The notes under the pieces: model-generated
Databases searched by the model: none
Told to the model about the DNA's origin: nothing
The model's input: the letters and a program-made list of their open reading frames with translations, nothing else
DNA from: Acidimicrobiia bacterium
GTDB lineage: Bacteria; Actinomycetota; Acidimicrobiia; Spongiisociales; ZC4RG35
Length of the DNA: 64,000 bases
Reading direction: 5' to 3'
Assembly (NCBI GenBank): GCA_036556665.1
Contig: DATBIX010000029.1
Coordinates: 6,429 to 70,428, forward strand
Made by a program: the position numbers and the translations under genes
Part shown: positions 28,531 through 39,918 of the stretch, one piece after another
Position numbering within the stretch: position 1 is the stretch's first letter
How the letters are laid out: every line of letters starts with the position of its first letter

Positions 28531-28635
28531 CTCTGAAGATCGGAACCCGGTCGCCACGAGCTTCAACCCTACCCACGGGCGCATAGGGGGGAGAGCCGGC
28601 ACCCCCGACATGTAGGGTTTCTGGATGGAGCCGCG

Positions 28636-29735
<1,100 letters not shown>

Positions 29736-29739
<4 letters not shown>

Positions 29740-30194
29740 ACCTGGAATCGCTGCGCCGAGACAGCGAGCTCCTCCGGTCGCTCGACGAGGCCCAGGTCGC
29801 TTTCCTGGAGTCGGTCTCGGAGGAGACGAACGTAGTTGCAGGCGAGACCCTGTTCGAGGAAGGCGGCCAGGCCGACCGTTTCTACGTGGTCTCGGTAGGA
29901 AAGGTCGCTCTCGAGATGACCAGCCCCGGACGTGCGCCCATGGTCATCCAGACCCTGGGCCCGGGCGAGCTCGTCGGTGTGAGCTGGCTGTTCCCGCCCC
30001 ATCGATGGAATTGGCGCGCCCGCGCCGTGGTCGACACCAAACTGGCCCGATTCGATGCGGCAGAGGTGCGCCGTCGATGCGAGGAGGACGCCGGGCTCCG
30101 AAGCGCGCTCCTTGCGGTCGTGGCCGAGGAGGTGGTGGGTCGTCTTCATCGAGCCCGGATCCAACTGCTCGACCTCTATCGGAGCGGCTCATGA
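29736..30194 (+). CDS. stand-alone cyclic nucleotide-binding domain protein
   Basis: LFEEGGQADRFYVV, LGPGELVG; no HTH. Confidence 0.85.
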
Positions 30195-31047
30195 CAGCCC
30201 AGCTCACACCGCCGGGCCCCGCAGCCGTCCCGGAGGCGATGCTGCCCCGGCCCTTTCGCGTCCTGTCCAAGACACATGAGACCGACGACACCGTCACCCT
30301 CGAGCTCGCCTCGGACGATGCGGCGCCGCTCGAGTTCAGCCCGGGCCAGTTCACCATGCTCTATTGCTTCGGGATCGGCGAGGTGCCGATATCCATCTCC
30401 GGAGACCCCCACCACCCGGCCACCCTGACTCACACCGTGAGAGCCGTGGGTGCGGTGACCGAGGCCATCGCCCGGTTGCAGGCCGGTGACTACGTGGGGA
30501 TCCGGGGCCCATACGGATCGGGCTGGCCGGTCGATCGGGCACAGGGAAGAGACCTGGTCTTGGTCGGCGGGGGAATCGGCCTGGCTCCGCTCCGCCCGGC
30601 GGTCCTCGACGTGCTGAGGAGGAGGGAGGAGTTTGGATCGGTCTCGCTGGTCTACGGCGCCCGCACCCCGGCCGATCTCCTCTATGCCGACGAGCTGCAC
30701 AGCTGGCGAAGCCGTTTCGACTTCCAGGTGGAGGTCACGGTCGACCGCTCCGAAGGCGGATGGCTCGGCGACGTGGGGGTCGTCACCGGGCTTCTTCCCC
30801 GAGTCGATCACGATCCTGCCGGCACGGTGGCCATGCTCTGTGGGCCGGAGATCATGATGAAGGTGGTGGCCACTCAGCTGGTCAACCGCGGAGTCACGGG
30901 CTCCGACATCTACCTCAGCCTGGAGCGCAACATGAAATGCGCCATCGGGCTCTGTGGGCATTGCCAGTTCGGGCCGGACTTCGTCTGCTGGGCAGGTCCC
31001 GTCCTTCCCTTCGAGAGGGTCGAGGCAAGACTCAGGGTGCCGGAGCT

Positions 31048-31051
<4 letters not shown>
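30191..31051 (+). CDS. hydG: group 3b hydrogenase gamma subunit (FAD/NAD(P), 2Fe-2S)
   Basis: [35 protein letters not shown]...C. Confidence 0.9.
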
Positions 31052-31813
<762 letters not shown>

Positions 31814-31824
<11 letters not shown>

Positions 31825-33109
31825 ACGCGAGATCGAGGTCGGCTACCTGGCCCGGGTCGAGGGCGAGGGGGCCATGTACTTGAAGCTCGATGGGGATGAG
31901 GTCCTCGACCTCGAGTTCCGGATCTTCGAGCCGCCCCGATTCTTCGAGGCATTCCTCCAGGGCCGCCGCTTCTCCGAGGCACCCGACATAACCGCGCGCA
32001 TCTGCGGGATCTGCCCCATCGCATACCAGACCAGTGCCTGCAACGCCATGGAGGTGGCCGCAGGAGCCCGGCTCGTGGGAGGTCTCCGCGACCTGAGACG
32101 CCTCATCTACTGCGGCGAGTGGATAGAGAGCCACGCCCTGCACGTCTTCTTCCTGCATGCTCCTGACTTCCTCGGCTACGAGAGCGCGATAGCCATGGCG
32201 GGCGAGCATCCCGATCGGGTCGCCACCGGGCTGCGGCTCAAGAAGGTGGGAAACGGGATCATGACCCTTCTCGGAGGACGCGAGATACACCCGATCAACG
32301 TGCGGGTCGGTGGGTTCTACCGGGTCCCGACGAGAGCCGACCTGCTCGCCCTCGTCCCCGACCTCGAATGGGCCCTGGAAGCAGCCATCGAAACGGTCGA
32401 CTGGGTCTCGAGCCTGCCTTTCCCCGACTTCGAGCGTGACTACGAGTTCGTCTCACTGAGCCATCCCGACGAATACCCGATTCACGAGGGCCGGATCGTC
32501 TCCAATCGCGGCCTCGACATCGGAGTCGATGAATGGGAGGAGCATTTCGAGGAAAGTCACGTCGCTTGGTCAAACGCGCTGCACGCCCGCCGGCAACCGG
32601 GAGGAACGGCCTACCACGTCGGACCGATGGCCCGTTACTCGCTCAACTTCGAGAAGCTGACCCCCCGGGCCGGCGCGGCTGCCCTCGCTGCCGGCCTCGA
32701 GGAAACCTGCCGCAACCCGTTCCGCAGCATCGTGGTACGGGCGGTCGAGATCGCTTTTGCGTGCGAGGAGGCCCTGCGCCTCATCGACGGCTACTCCATG
32801 CCTGACAGCCCGTTTATCCACGCCGAGCCGCGCTCGACCGTCGGCCACGGCGCCTCCGAGGCGCCACGCGGGCTGCTCTATCACCGTTACACGATCGATG
32901 GAGAGGGATTGATCACCGACGCACACATCGTCCCGCCCACTTCCCAGAACCAGCTGAGCATCGAGGACGACCTGCGCGCCTATGTGCCCGGGCGGGCCGG
33001 TCTCCCCGATGATCGCCTCCAGTGGGAGTTGGAGCAGGCGATTCGCTGCTACGACCCGTGCATCTCCTGCGCAACGCATTTCCTCGACCTCACCGTGGAG
33101 AGACAGTGA
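31814..33109 (+). CDS. hydA: group 3b [NiFe]-hydrogenase large (alpha) subunit
   Basis: RVEGEG, L1 [11 protein letters not shown]2 [10 protein letters not shown] plus short cleavable tail. Confidence 0.93.
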
Positions 33110-33531
33110 GACGCGTGGTGATCGGGGTCGGCAACCCGGACCGGGGCGACGACGGCGCCGGCATCGAGGTGGCCAGACGCGTCCGTGGAGTGGATGCCTT
33201 TCAGGACGCGACTGGGTCGTACCGGCTGATCGACCTGTGGGAGGGAGCCGCCGAGGTGATAGTGGTCGATGCAGCCCGGTCGGGCGCCCCTGCGGGCACC
33301 GTGCACCGGTTCCAGGAGCCGGATCGGCCTCTTTCCCCCGGTGTCCTCAGCAGCAGCACCCATTCGATCGGGGTGCAGGACACGGTCGAGCTCGCCCGGA
33401 CACTGGGACGCCTGCCCGAGCGAATCACGGTCTACGGCATCGAAGTGGCAGATGTCACCCAGGGCCACGGCCTGTCGCCTCCGGTTGAGGATGCAGTGCG
33501 CCGGCTGGTGGAGGAGATCGAAGATGCATGA
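33106..33531 (+). CDS. hydrogenase maturation protease
   Basis: GVGNPDRGDDGAG, VVDAA, SSTH. Confidence 0.9.
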   Translation: MRRVVIGVGNPDRGDDGAGIEVARRVRGVDAFQDATGSYRLIDLWEGAAEVIVVDAARSGAPAGTVHRFQEPDRPLSPGVLSSSTHSIGVQDTVELARTLGRLPERITVYGIEVADVTQGHGLSPPVEDAVRRLVEEIEDA

Positions 33532-33784
33532 GAGCGGACTGGTCCGTGACCTGATGGGGAAGGTGGAGTCTGAGCTGGAGGGCACCACGGCGAGGGTGAA
33601 TCGGGTCAGACTCCGGGTGGGAGCGATGTCGGGGATCGATCCGGCCGCACTGCGCGAAGGCGCCCGGCACTATGCCCTGGAAGATTGGGGCTATGTGCCC
33701 GAGATCGAAGTGGAGACTTCGACCGACCCGACAGATGTCAACGCCCTTGGTGTGCTCCTGGTCGCCATCGGAGTGGACGGCTGA
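33524..33784 (+). CDS. hypA: HypA-like nickel metallochaperone, short Cys-free form
   Basis: MHE N-terminus, VRLRVGAMSGIDP; no CxxC zinc motifs. Confidence 0.75.
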   Translation: MHESGLVRDLMGKVESELEGTTARVNRVRLRVGAMSGIDPAALREGARHYALEDWGYVPEIEVETSTDPTDVNALGVLLVAIGVDG

Positions 33785-33785
33785 G

Positions 33786-34016
33786 ATGTGTGTCGCGGTG
33801 CCGGGACGAGTCGTTGCCATCGGGAACCCATCGCCGATCTCGATCCCGGCCACTGTCGACATCGGAGGAGTGCAACGCGAGATCGATCTGGTCATGATCC
33901 CTGTGGCGACAGTCGGTGACTACGTGGTGACCCATTCCGGATACGGCATCGAGATCATCCCCGCTCAACGCGCCGTCGAGACCCTGGCACTGCTCCACGG
34001 GTCATCGGGCGACTGA
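33786..34016 (+). CDS. hypC: HypC/HupF hydrogenase chaperone
   Basis: MCVAVPGRVV, VGDYVVTHSGYGI. Confidence 0.88.
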   Translation: MCVAVPGRVVAIGNPSPISIPATVDIGGVQREIDLVMIPVATVGDYVVTHSGYGIEIIPAQRAVETLALLHGSSGD

Positions 34017-35251
34017 TGCAGCCGCAACGACAGCGCCGAGCCCGATTCGGCTCACTGGGGCTGATCCGGTTCCGGAGGCTCGAGCTCAGCCCCACGAAGC
34101 GACGTCTGCGCCAGGGGGTCTCGGTGGCCGACCTGCGCCGCCTGGCCCGGCGTCGCCTGCCCCGAGGGGTCTTCGACTACATCGACGGCGGCGCCGAGGA
34201 CGAGATCACGCTGGCATCCAACGTCGAGGCATACCGGCGCGTGACCTTCCGGCCCCGGGTGTTGCGGGACATCGAGGAGATCGAAACAGCCACGACCCTG
34301 CTCGGCAAGCCGCTCTCGTTTCCCCTGGTGCTGGCTCCAACCGGCTTCACCCGGATCGCCGACCCCGACGGTGAGCTGGCCGTGGCCAGGGCGGCGGCCA
34401 GAGCCGGCATCCCCTACTCGCTGTCGACTCTGAGCACCCGGTCGATCGAGGAGGTGGCATCGGTCGGCACCGGGAGGCTCTGGTTCCAGGTCTACCTCTG
34501 GAAGGACCGGGATCTGCAGATCGAGATGCTGAAAAGAGCCGCGGCGGCCGGCTACGAGGCGATCTGCCTCACGGTCGACACGGCGGCCCTGGGACGGCGG
34601 GAACGGGACGTCCGGCGCGGTTTCACCCTGCCTCCGAAGATCGGGCCATCCACGATCCTCGACGGAATCCTCCATCCCTCCTGGACGTGGAGGTTCGTCA
34701 CGTCGGAGCCGATCGTCTTCGCCAACGTGACCGGCCGGGAGGTTGGAGACGGGACCGAGGCGGTTTCGCTGGCCGCGTACTTCGCCGGACAACTCGAGTT
34801 GCGTCTCTCCTGGCAGGACGTTGCCTGGTTGCGCGACAACTGGGACGGGCCCATCGTCTTGAAGGGGATCCAGACGGTCGAGGACGCATTGATCGCGGCA
34901 GCCGAAGGCGTGGATGCGATCGCCCTCTCCAATCACGGCGGCCGGCAGCTCGACTCGGCCCCATCCCCCCTCATTCTCCTCCCCGACGTCGCCGAGGCCG
35001 TAGGCGATCGCATCGAGATCATCTGCGACGGCGGGATACGCCGCGGCAGCGACATCGTCAAGGCGCTTGCCCTCGGAGCCCGCGCCTGCATGGCGGGCAG
35101 GGCCTACCTCTACGGTCTTGGCGCAGCCGGGGAAGCAGGTGTCGACCAGGTGCTCGAAATCCTGGCTACGGACTTGAGACGGACAATGGCCCTGATCGGA
35201 TGCCGGTCGGTGGCCGATCTGAGCAGGGACTACGTGTCGTTCGAGGCCTGA
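34016..35251 (+). CDS. FMN-dependent alpha-hydroxy acid dehydrogenase (L-lactate dehydrogenase-like)
   Basis: FDYIDGGAEDE, LAPTG, LTVDT...RERD, SNHGGRQLD, DGGIRRGSD. Confidence 0.9.
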   Translation: MQPQRQRRARFGSLGLIRFRRLELSPTKRRLRQGVSVADLRRLARRRLPRGVFDYIDGGAEDEITLASNVEAYRRVTFRPRVLRDIEEIETATTLLGKPLSFPLVLAPTGFTRIADPDGELAVARAAARAGIPYSLSTLSTRSIEEVASVGTGRLWFQVYLWKDRDLQIEMLKRAAAAGYEAICLTVDTAALGRRERDVRRGFTLPPKIGPSTILDGILHPSWTWRFVTSEPIVFANVTGREVGDGTEAVSLAAYFAGQLELRLSWQDVAWLRDNWDGPIVLKGIQTVEDALIAAAEGVDAIALSNHGGRQLDSAPSPLILLPDVAEAVGDRIEIICDGGIRRGSDIVKALALGARACMAGRAYLYGLGAAGEAGVDQVLEILATDLRRTMALIGCRSVADLSRDYVSFEA

Positions 35252-35266
35252 GCCGGTCGGCCGGTG

Positions 35267-36355
35267 TCAACCGGGGCCCGGGGCGAGCTCGACCCCGATC
35301 TCGGTTGCCTTGATCGAGACCCAGATACGGTGGCCGGGTGCCAGGTCGAGCTCGTCGGCAGCCGCCGTGGTCACCTCGGCGGTGAGGGGAAGAGGCTGGC
35401 CGACGGCGACCCGGGCTCGCTCTCCCAGACGCTCGACCGCCCCGATCGTCGCCTCCCATGAGTTGCGCGGGCTGCCCTCGGGCCTGGAGCGATGGAGCGA
35501 GATCGCCGAGGGTCTGATGCTGACCAGCACCTCGCCGGAAAAATCCGGGTCTGCAGTCTGGAGGAGGTGGCCACCTGCGTCCACGGTCCCATCGGAGGCA
35601 TACCCGACGAAAAGGTTGGAACCGGCCAGATCTGCCGCATACGACGTTCGAGGTCGGAGTCGGATCGCCTCAGCGCTCCCGACCTGGGTGATCCGACCAT
35701 CCTCGATGATGTGGATCTCGTCGGAGAGGAGGAATGCCTCGGCCGGGTCGTGAGTGATCATGAGACGGGGGCCGGCGAAGGCGGTGAGATGCTCCGCCAG
35801 CTCCCTGCGCAGCTTGGCCCGGGTGGTCACGTCCAGTGCCGAGAGTGGCTCGTCCAGAAGCAGCATCCTCGGCTCGGTGACCAGAGCACGGGCCAGCGCC
35901 ACACGCTGAGCCTGACCACCGGAGAGGGACCCAGGCTTCTGCTCGGCAACTCGATCCAGGCCAAGCCGGTCGATCCAGCCTCTCGCCCTCCACCTCGCCT
36001 CCTCCCGGCCGAGACCGTGGTTGCGGAGCCCGAAGGCGACGTTGTCGACGACGCTCATATGGGGGAAGAGCAGGTAGTCCTGGAAGACGACGCCCATGCC
36101 CCGCTCCTCAGGTGGCACGAAGACGCCTGTCTGTGGATCATCGAGCACGTCTTCCCCCAGACGGACACACCCGCTGTCCACGGGGATCAGACCGGCCAGA
36201 GCTGCCACGGCAGTCGACTTGCCCGCCCCGTTGGGCCCGAGCAACGCCACTGTTCGCCCGGGAGGGATGGACAGTTCGATGTCGAGGAGGAACGACTGGC
36301 CGTGCCGGACGTCGAGCCGAGCTTCGAGCTCTCCGCTCACAGTGCCTTCCACCAT
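35267..36355 (-). CDS. modC: molybdate ABC transporter ATP-binding protein with TOBE domain
   Basis: GPNGAGKS, LSGGQ, LLDEP, C-terminal TOBE. Confidence 0.88.
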   Translation of the reverse strand: MVEGTVSGELEARLDVRHGQSFLLDIELSIPPGRTVALLGPNGAGKSTAVAALAGLIPVDSGCVRLGEDVLDDPQTGVFVPPEERGMGVVFQDYLLFPHMSVVDNVAFGLRNHGLGREEARWRARGWIDRLGLDRVAEQKPGSLSGGQAQRVALARALVTEPRMLLLDEPLSALDVTTRAKLRRELAEHLTAFAGPRLMITHDPAEAFLLSDEIHIIEDGRITQVGSAEAIRLRPRTSYAADLAGSNLFVGYASDGTVDAGGHLLQTADPDFSGEVLVSIRPSAISLHRSRPEGSPRNSWEATIGAVERLGERARVAVGQPLPLTAEVTTAAADELDLAPGHRIWVSIKATEIGVELAPGPG

Positions 36356-37149
36356 CGTTCGCGTAGGGCGATCAGCACCGCCAGAGAGACGACCACCATG
36401 AGCAGGCTGAGAGCCACCGCTGTGTCGCGATCGCTCTCCAAGGCGACGAACACAGCCAGTGGCAGGGTCTGCGTCCTCCCCTGAAGGTTGCCGGCGAAGG
36501 TGATCGTGGCCCCAAACTCACCGAGGGCCCGGGCCCAGGTCAACACCAGCCCGGCGGCCAGCGATGGCGCGATCATCGGCAGCGTCACTCTGCGCAGGAC
36601 GGTCCATTGCCCGGCACCGAGGGTGGCGGCGGCTCCCTCGTAGCGCCGGTCCAGATTGCGCAGGGCGCCCTCGACCGTGATCACGAGGAATGGCATGGCC
36701 ACGAAGGTGTTGGCCACGACCACGCCCCATGTGGAGAAGGGCAACAGCAGGCCGGTCGCTTGGTTGAGCGGCTCGCCGACGATTCCCCGTCGGCCCAGGG
36801 CAAACAGCAGCGCGGCCCCTCCGACGACCGGGGGCAGGACCAGAGGCAGGGTGACGAAGCCTCGCATCAGCCATCGGCCCGGAAACTCGACCCTGGCCAT
36901 CAACCAGGCGAGGGGCACCCCGATGACGAATGAGAGGGCGGTGGCGGCCAAGGAGGTGGTGATCGAAAGGCGAAGGGCTTGGGTCACGAGCTCGCTCGAG
37001 AGGAGTGATGGAAGCTCGCCCCAGGGCACCCGGGCGAGCAGGCCGAGGAACGGGATCACGAAGACCGAGAGCCCGAGACATCCCAGCACGATCAGCAGGG
37101 CTGGGGGCCTCATGAGGCGCCGCCGCTCCCCGGTCGTTGCTCGGGTCAA
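36337..37149 (-). CDS. modB: molybdate ABC transporter permease
   Basis: LPLVLPPVVGG, ARALGEFGATITFAGN, TQTLPLAV. Confidence 0.9.
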   Translation of the reverse strand: MTRATTGERRRLMRPPALLIVLGCLGLSVFVIPFLGLLARVPWGELPSLLSSELVTQALRLSITTSLAATALSFVIGVPLAWLMARVEFPGRWLMRGFVTLPLVLPPVVGGAALLFALGRRGIVGEPLNQATGLLLPFSTWGVVVANTFVAMPFLVITVEGALRNLDRRYEGAAATLGAGQWTVLRRVTLPMIAPSLAAGLVLTWARALGEFGATITFAGNLQGRTQTLPLAVFVALESDRDTAVALSLLMVVVSLAVLIALRERWWKAL

Positions 37150-37940
37150 GGTGAGGTGAAACCGTACTCGTCGAGGATCTCCTGGCCCTCGGCCGAGAGA
37201 GCGAACTCCACGAACGCCGCCGCCCCATCAGGGTTGAGCCCCCCAGCCAGGTGGACGATCGGGTAGGAGGCGACCACGTTGTGCTCCTCGGGGATGGACA
37301 CGCCTTCCACCATGCCCCCCGCCGCCAGCACGTCTGTGACATAGGTGATCCCGGCATCGAGCTCCCCTGCCTCGATCTTGGTCAGCAGCGCCCTGACGTC
37401 CGGCTCATTGGTGTCGATGACGGGGGTGACACCCGCCTTCTGCAGCGCCTGAAGGCCGAAATCGCCACAGGGCACGCCCTCGGCGCACAGACCGATCAAG
37501 AGGTCCTCCCTGGCGAAGTCCTCGAGACCGGTCACACCGGCCGGGTTGCCGGCCGGGACCGCGATCTGCAGGAGGTTGGTGGTGAAGACCTCGGGCTCTC
37601 CCGCCGCTTCGCCCGCCTCGACCACCTGGTCCATGTTGGTGGTGTTGGCGGAGGCGAACACGTCCGCCGGAGCCCCTTCCAGGATCTGCTCCCGCAGCGC
37701 CGAGCTGGCGCCGAGGTTGAGAACGACGTCGAGATCCGGATTGGCCACCTCCAAGGCCGACTCGAAGTCGGCAAAGGCATCGGTCAGCGAAGCGGCCGCC
37801 GACACGAGCAGCTCGCCGCTCGGCTCGGACACGGATCCGGTCGTCGTTGCTGTCTGCCCATCCGTGGCGGCGCAGGCCGAGCCGGCCAACGTCAGGGCTA
37901 CGACCACTGCCGATGAGAGCCGGCGCAAGACTTCCTCCAT
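37146..37940 (-). CDS. modA: molybdate ABC transporter substrate-binding lipoprotein
   Basis: AAASLTDAF, GASSAL, GAPADVFASA, VPCG, YVTDV. Confidence 0.92.
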   Translation of the reverse strand: MEEVLRRLSSAVVVALTLAGSACAATDGQTATTTGSVSEPSGELLVSAAASLTDAFADFESALEVANPDLDVVLNLGASSALREQILEGAPADVFASANTTNMDQVVEAGEAAGEPEVFTTNLLQIAVPAGNPAGVTGLEDFAREDLLIGLCAEGVPCGDFGLQALQKAGVTPVIDTNEPDVRALLTKIEAGELDAGITYVTDVLAAGGMVEGVSIPEEHNVVASYPIVHLAGGLNPDGAAAFVEFALSAEGQEILDEYGFTSP

Positions 37941-37942
37941 AT

Positions 37943-37976
37943 TCTCACTGTGACTAGCGGACTAGTCGCAGTGAGA
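37943..37976. promoter_or_regulatory. 15-4-15 inverted repeat between modA and padR
   Basis: TCTCACTGTGACTAG-CGGA-CTAGTCGCAGTGAGA, 14/15 match. Confidence 0.6.
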
Positions 37977-38038
37977 GTAGCGACGCGCTCCTGCTCTCGC
38001 CGGGCAGGGGGTTGGTCGCGCCTGCCTAGCCTCCTCAC

Positions 38039-38554
38039 ATGAGCGCCCCACCGTTGTCCCTGACCGAGTGGGCAGTGCTCGGACTCCTCGCCGAGCAGCC
38101 GGCTCATGGCTTCGCCATCTCCAAGCTGCTGCAGGTATCCGGCGCCGTCGGCAAGATCCTCACCGTCCGGAGGCCGCTCGTCTACCGCGCCCTCGACCGG
38201 CTCGCCGACCTCGAGCTCATCGAGCCGGCTCACACCGAGCCGGGTGTCGGCGGGCCCCACCGGACCATCTACCGGGTCACTCGTCGTGGACGGCGCCGCC
38301 TCGGCGGTTGGCTGTCGGAGCCCGTGGCCCACGTACGCGATCTCCGCATCGAGTTCCAGCTCAAGCTGGCGCTCCTGGTGCGGACGGGCCGGTCTCCCCT
38401 CGATCTGATCCGGACGCAGAGGTTGGTGTTGGAGCCCACCCTCGGTGCTTTGGACTCGGGGTCCGAGGGCGGGATCGACCACCTCGAGTTGTGGCGACGC
38501 CACATGGCGGTGGCCGCCGCCCGATACCTCGAGGACCTGGAGAGTCGTTACTGA
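38039..38554 (+). CDS. PadR family transcriptional regulator
   Basis: AVLGLLAEQPAHGF, VYRALDRL, YRVTRRGR, C-terminal helical domain. Confidence 0.88.
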   Translation: MSAPPLSLTEWAVLGLLAEQPAHGFAISKLLQVSGAVGKILTVRRPLVYRALDRLADLELIEPAHTEPGVGGPHRTIYRVTRRGRRRLGGWLSEPVAHVRDLRIEFQLKLALLVRTGRSPLDLIRTQRLVLEPTLGALDSGSEGGIDHLELWRRHMAVAAARYLEDLESRY

Positions 38555-38578
38555 CCAGCCTGGCGTCTCTCGGAACCA

Positions 38579-38604
38579 TGTCGATCCCGGCTCGGCCATT
38601 CGTT
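38579..38604 (+). promoter_or_regulatory. candidate ECF42-type promoter
   Basis: TGTCGA-N16-CGTT upstream of a DGPF/YciI gene. Confidence 0.45.
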
Positions 38605-38653
38605 GTGTATGCATCGACCAAGTTGGGTAACCCCCAACTGAAAGGAGACCGAC

Positions 38654-39076
38654 ATGAGAGTCATGGTGCTGATCAAGGGCGACACAGAGTCCGAAGCAGG
38701 AGTGCTCCCCGACGAGAAGACCCTCACCGAGATGGGGAACTTCAACGAGGAACTGGTGAAGGCGGGCGTGATGCTGGCCGGCGAGGGGCTCCACCCCACC
38801 TCGAGAGGGGCCAAGGTCAGGTTCTCCGGTGGCACCACCAGCGTGACCCAGGGGCCGTTCGCCGATGGGAAGGACCTCGTCGCCGGATTCTGGATCTGGC
38901 AGGTCGACTCGCTCGACGAGGCGATCGATTGGGTGAAGCGAGTGCCCAGCCCCGACGGTGCGGGTCAAGGCGAGATAGAGATCCGGCCCATCTTCGAACT
39001 GGAGGATTTCGGGGAGGCGATCACTCCAGAGTTGCGTGAGCAGGAGGAGCGGCTCCGGACGCAGACGACCGCGTAG
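38654..39076 (+). CDS. YciI/DGPF family protein
   Basis: AGEGLHPTS, TQGPFADGKDLVAGFW, EIEIRPIFE. Confidence 0.9.
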   Translation: MRVMVLIKGDTESEAGVLPDEKTLTEMGNFNEELVKAGVMLAGEGLHPTSRGAKVRFSGGTTSVTQGPFADGKDLVAGFWIWQVDSLDEAIDWVKRVPSPDGAGQGEIEIRPIFELEDFGEAITPELREQEERLRTQTTA

Positions 39077-39222
39077 CCCAGGTCATCCCGCTGGCGCCTC
39101 TCCAGACCAGTGGGGAGATGGCCAGCCCGCCTGACAGACCCGACCGGCCGGGTTGGTAGTCTCGTCCAAGAGCCGAGGAGCACTCCCCGGTCCTGTGAGT
39201 GAAGTAATGAAAGGATTGGGTT

Positions 39223-39918
39223 GTGCGCACGATTCGCTTGATGCTCCTGATGGCCCTGGTGGCTGTCGCCGCCTGTGGCGGGGGTGGGGATGGAGCCACC
39301 ACGACGGCCGGGGCCGAAGACGAGGCAACCACTACCACCGCTGCCGAGGCAGAGGCCACGACGACCACTGCCGCCGACGAGGACGAGGGCGGGGAATCGG
39401 TGTCGATCGACGACATCCCGCGGGAGTGCATGGAGGCATTCGTCGCCTTTCTCCGGGAGATCGAGCCGCTGGTCGAGCCCATCGACTGGGCCAATGCAAC
39501 CACGGAGGATCTGGAGGAGGTGGGGACCGCACTCGAGCCCATCGGCACCGAGTACGAGACGACGTTCGAGACCGCCGGCTGCGACGACATCCAGTTGGAG
39601 GGCACCGATGAGGAGCAGTTCGAGGTCATGATCGCGATCGCCGAGCGGGAGGCGCCGGGAACCGTCGGATACTTCGAGTGGATCCGGGACTTCGCCACGG
39701 GGTCGAGCGACGCGCCGGAGGCGAGTGGCGACTGTGAGACCGACATCGCAGCCATGCAGGCGATCGTCGACGAGGGACAGACGATGAACCAGCTCCCGAT
39801 CGCAGAGCTGCAGTCGGTGGGAACCTTGATGACCGCCATCGCCATGGAGTGCCCGCCTGAGCGGAGCGCTGAGTTCTTCGAGAAGGAGGACGTGGCCAAC
39901 TTCACCGGCAGCGGTTGA
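39223..39918 (+). CDS. hypothetical acidic lipoprotein
   Basis: Lipobox VAAC, Thr/Glu linker, four further Cys. Confidence 0.7.
   Translation: MRTIRLMLLMALVAVAACGGGGDGATTTAGAEDEATTTTAAEAEATTTTAADEDEGGESVSIDDIPRECMEAFVAFLREIEPLVEPIDWANATTEDLEEVGTALEPIGTEYETTFETAGCDDIQLEGTDEEQFEVMIAIAEREAPGTVGYFEWIRDFATGSSDAPEASGDCETDIAAMQAIVDEGQTMNQLPIAELQSVGTLMTAIAMECPPERSAEFFEKEDVANFTGSG

Noticed and set aside
28591-28604. GAG-AGCCGGCA-CCC as a DosR-like box for the hydrogenase operon
   Set aside because: Poor match and wrong spacing to the TAGGGT -10-like hexamer at 28613-28618; DosR control of this operon is not supported by sequence here
34016-35251. Mycofactocin MftD assignment
   Set aside because: No mftA/B/C/E/F in the window; general alpha-hydroxy acid dehydrogenase is the safer call
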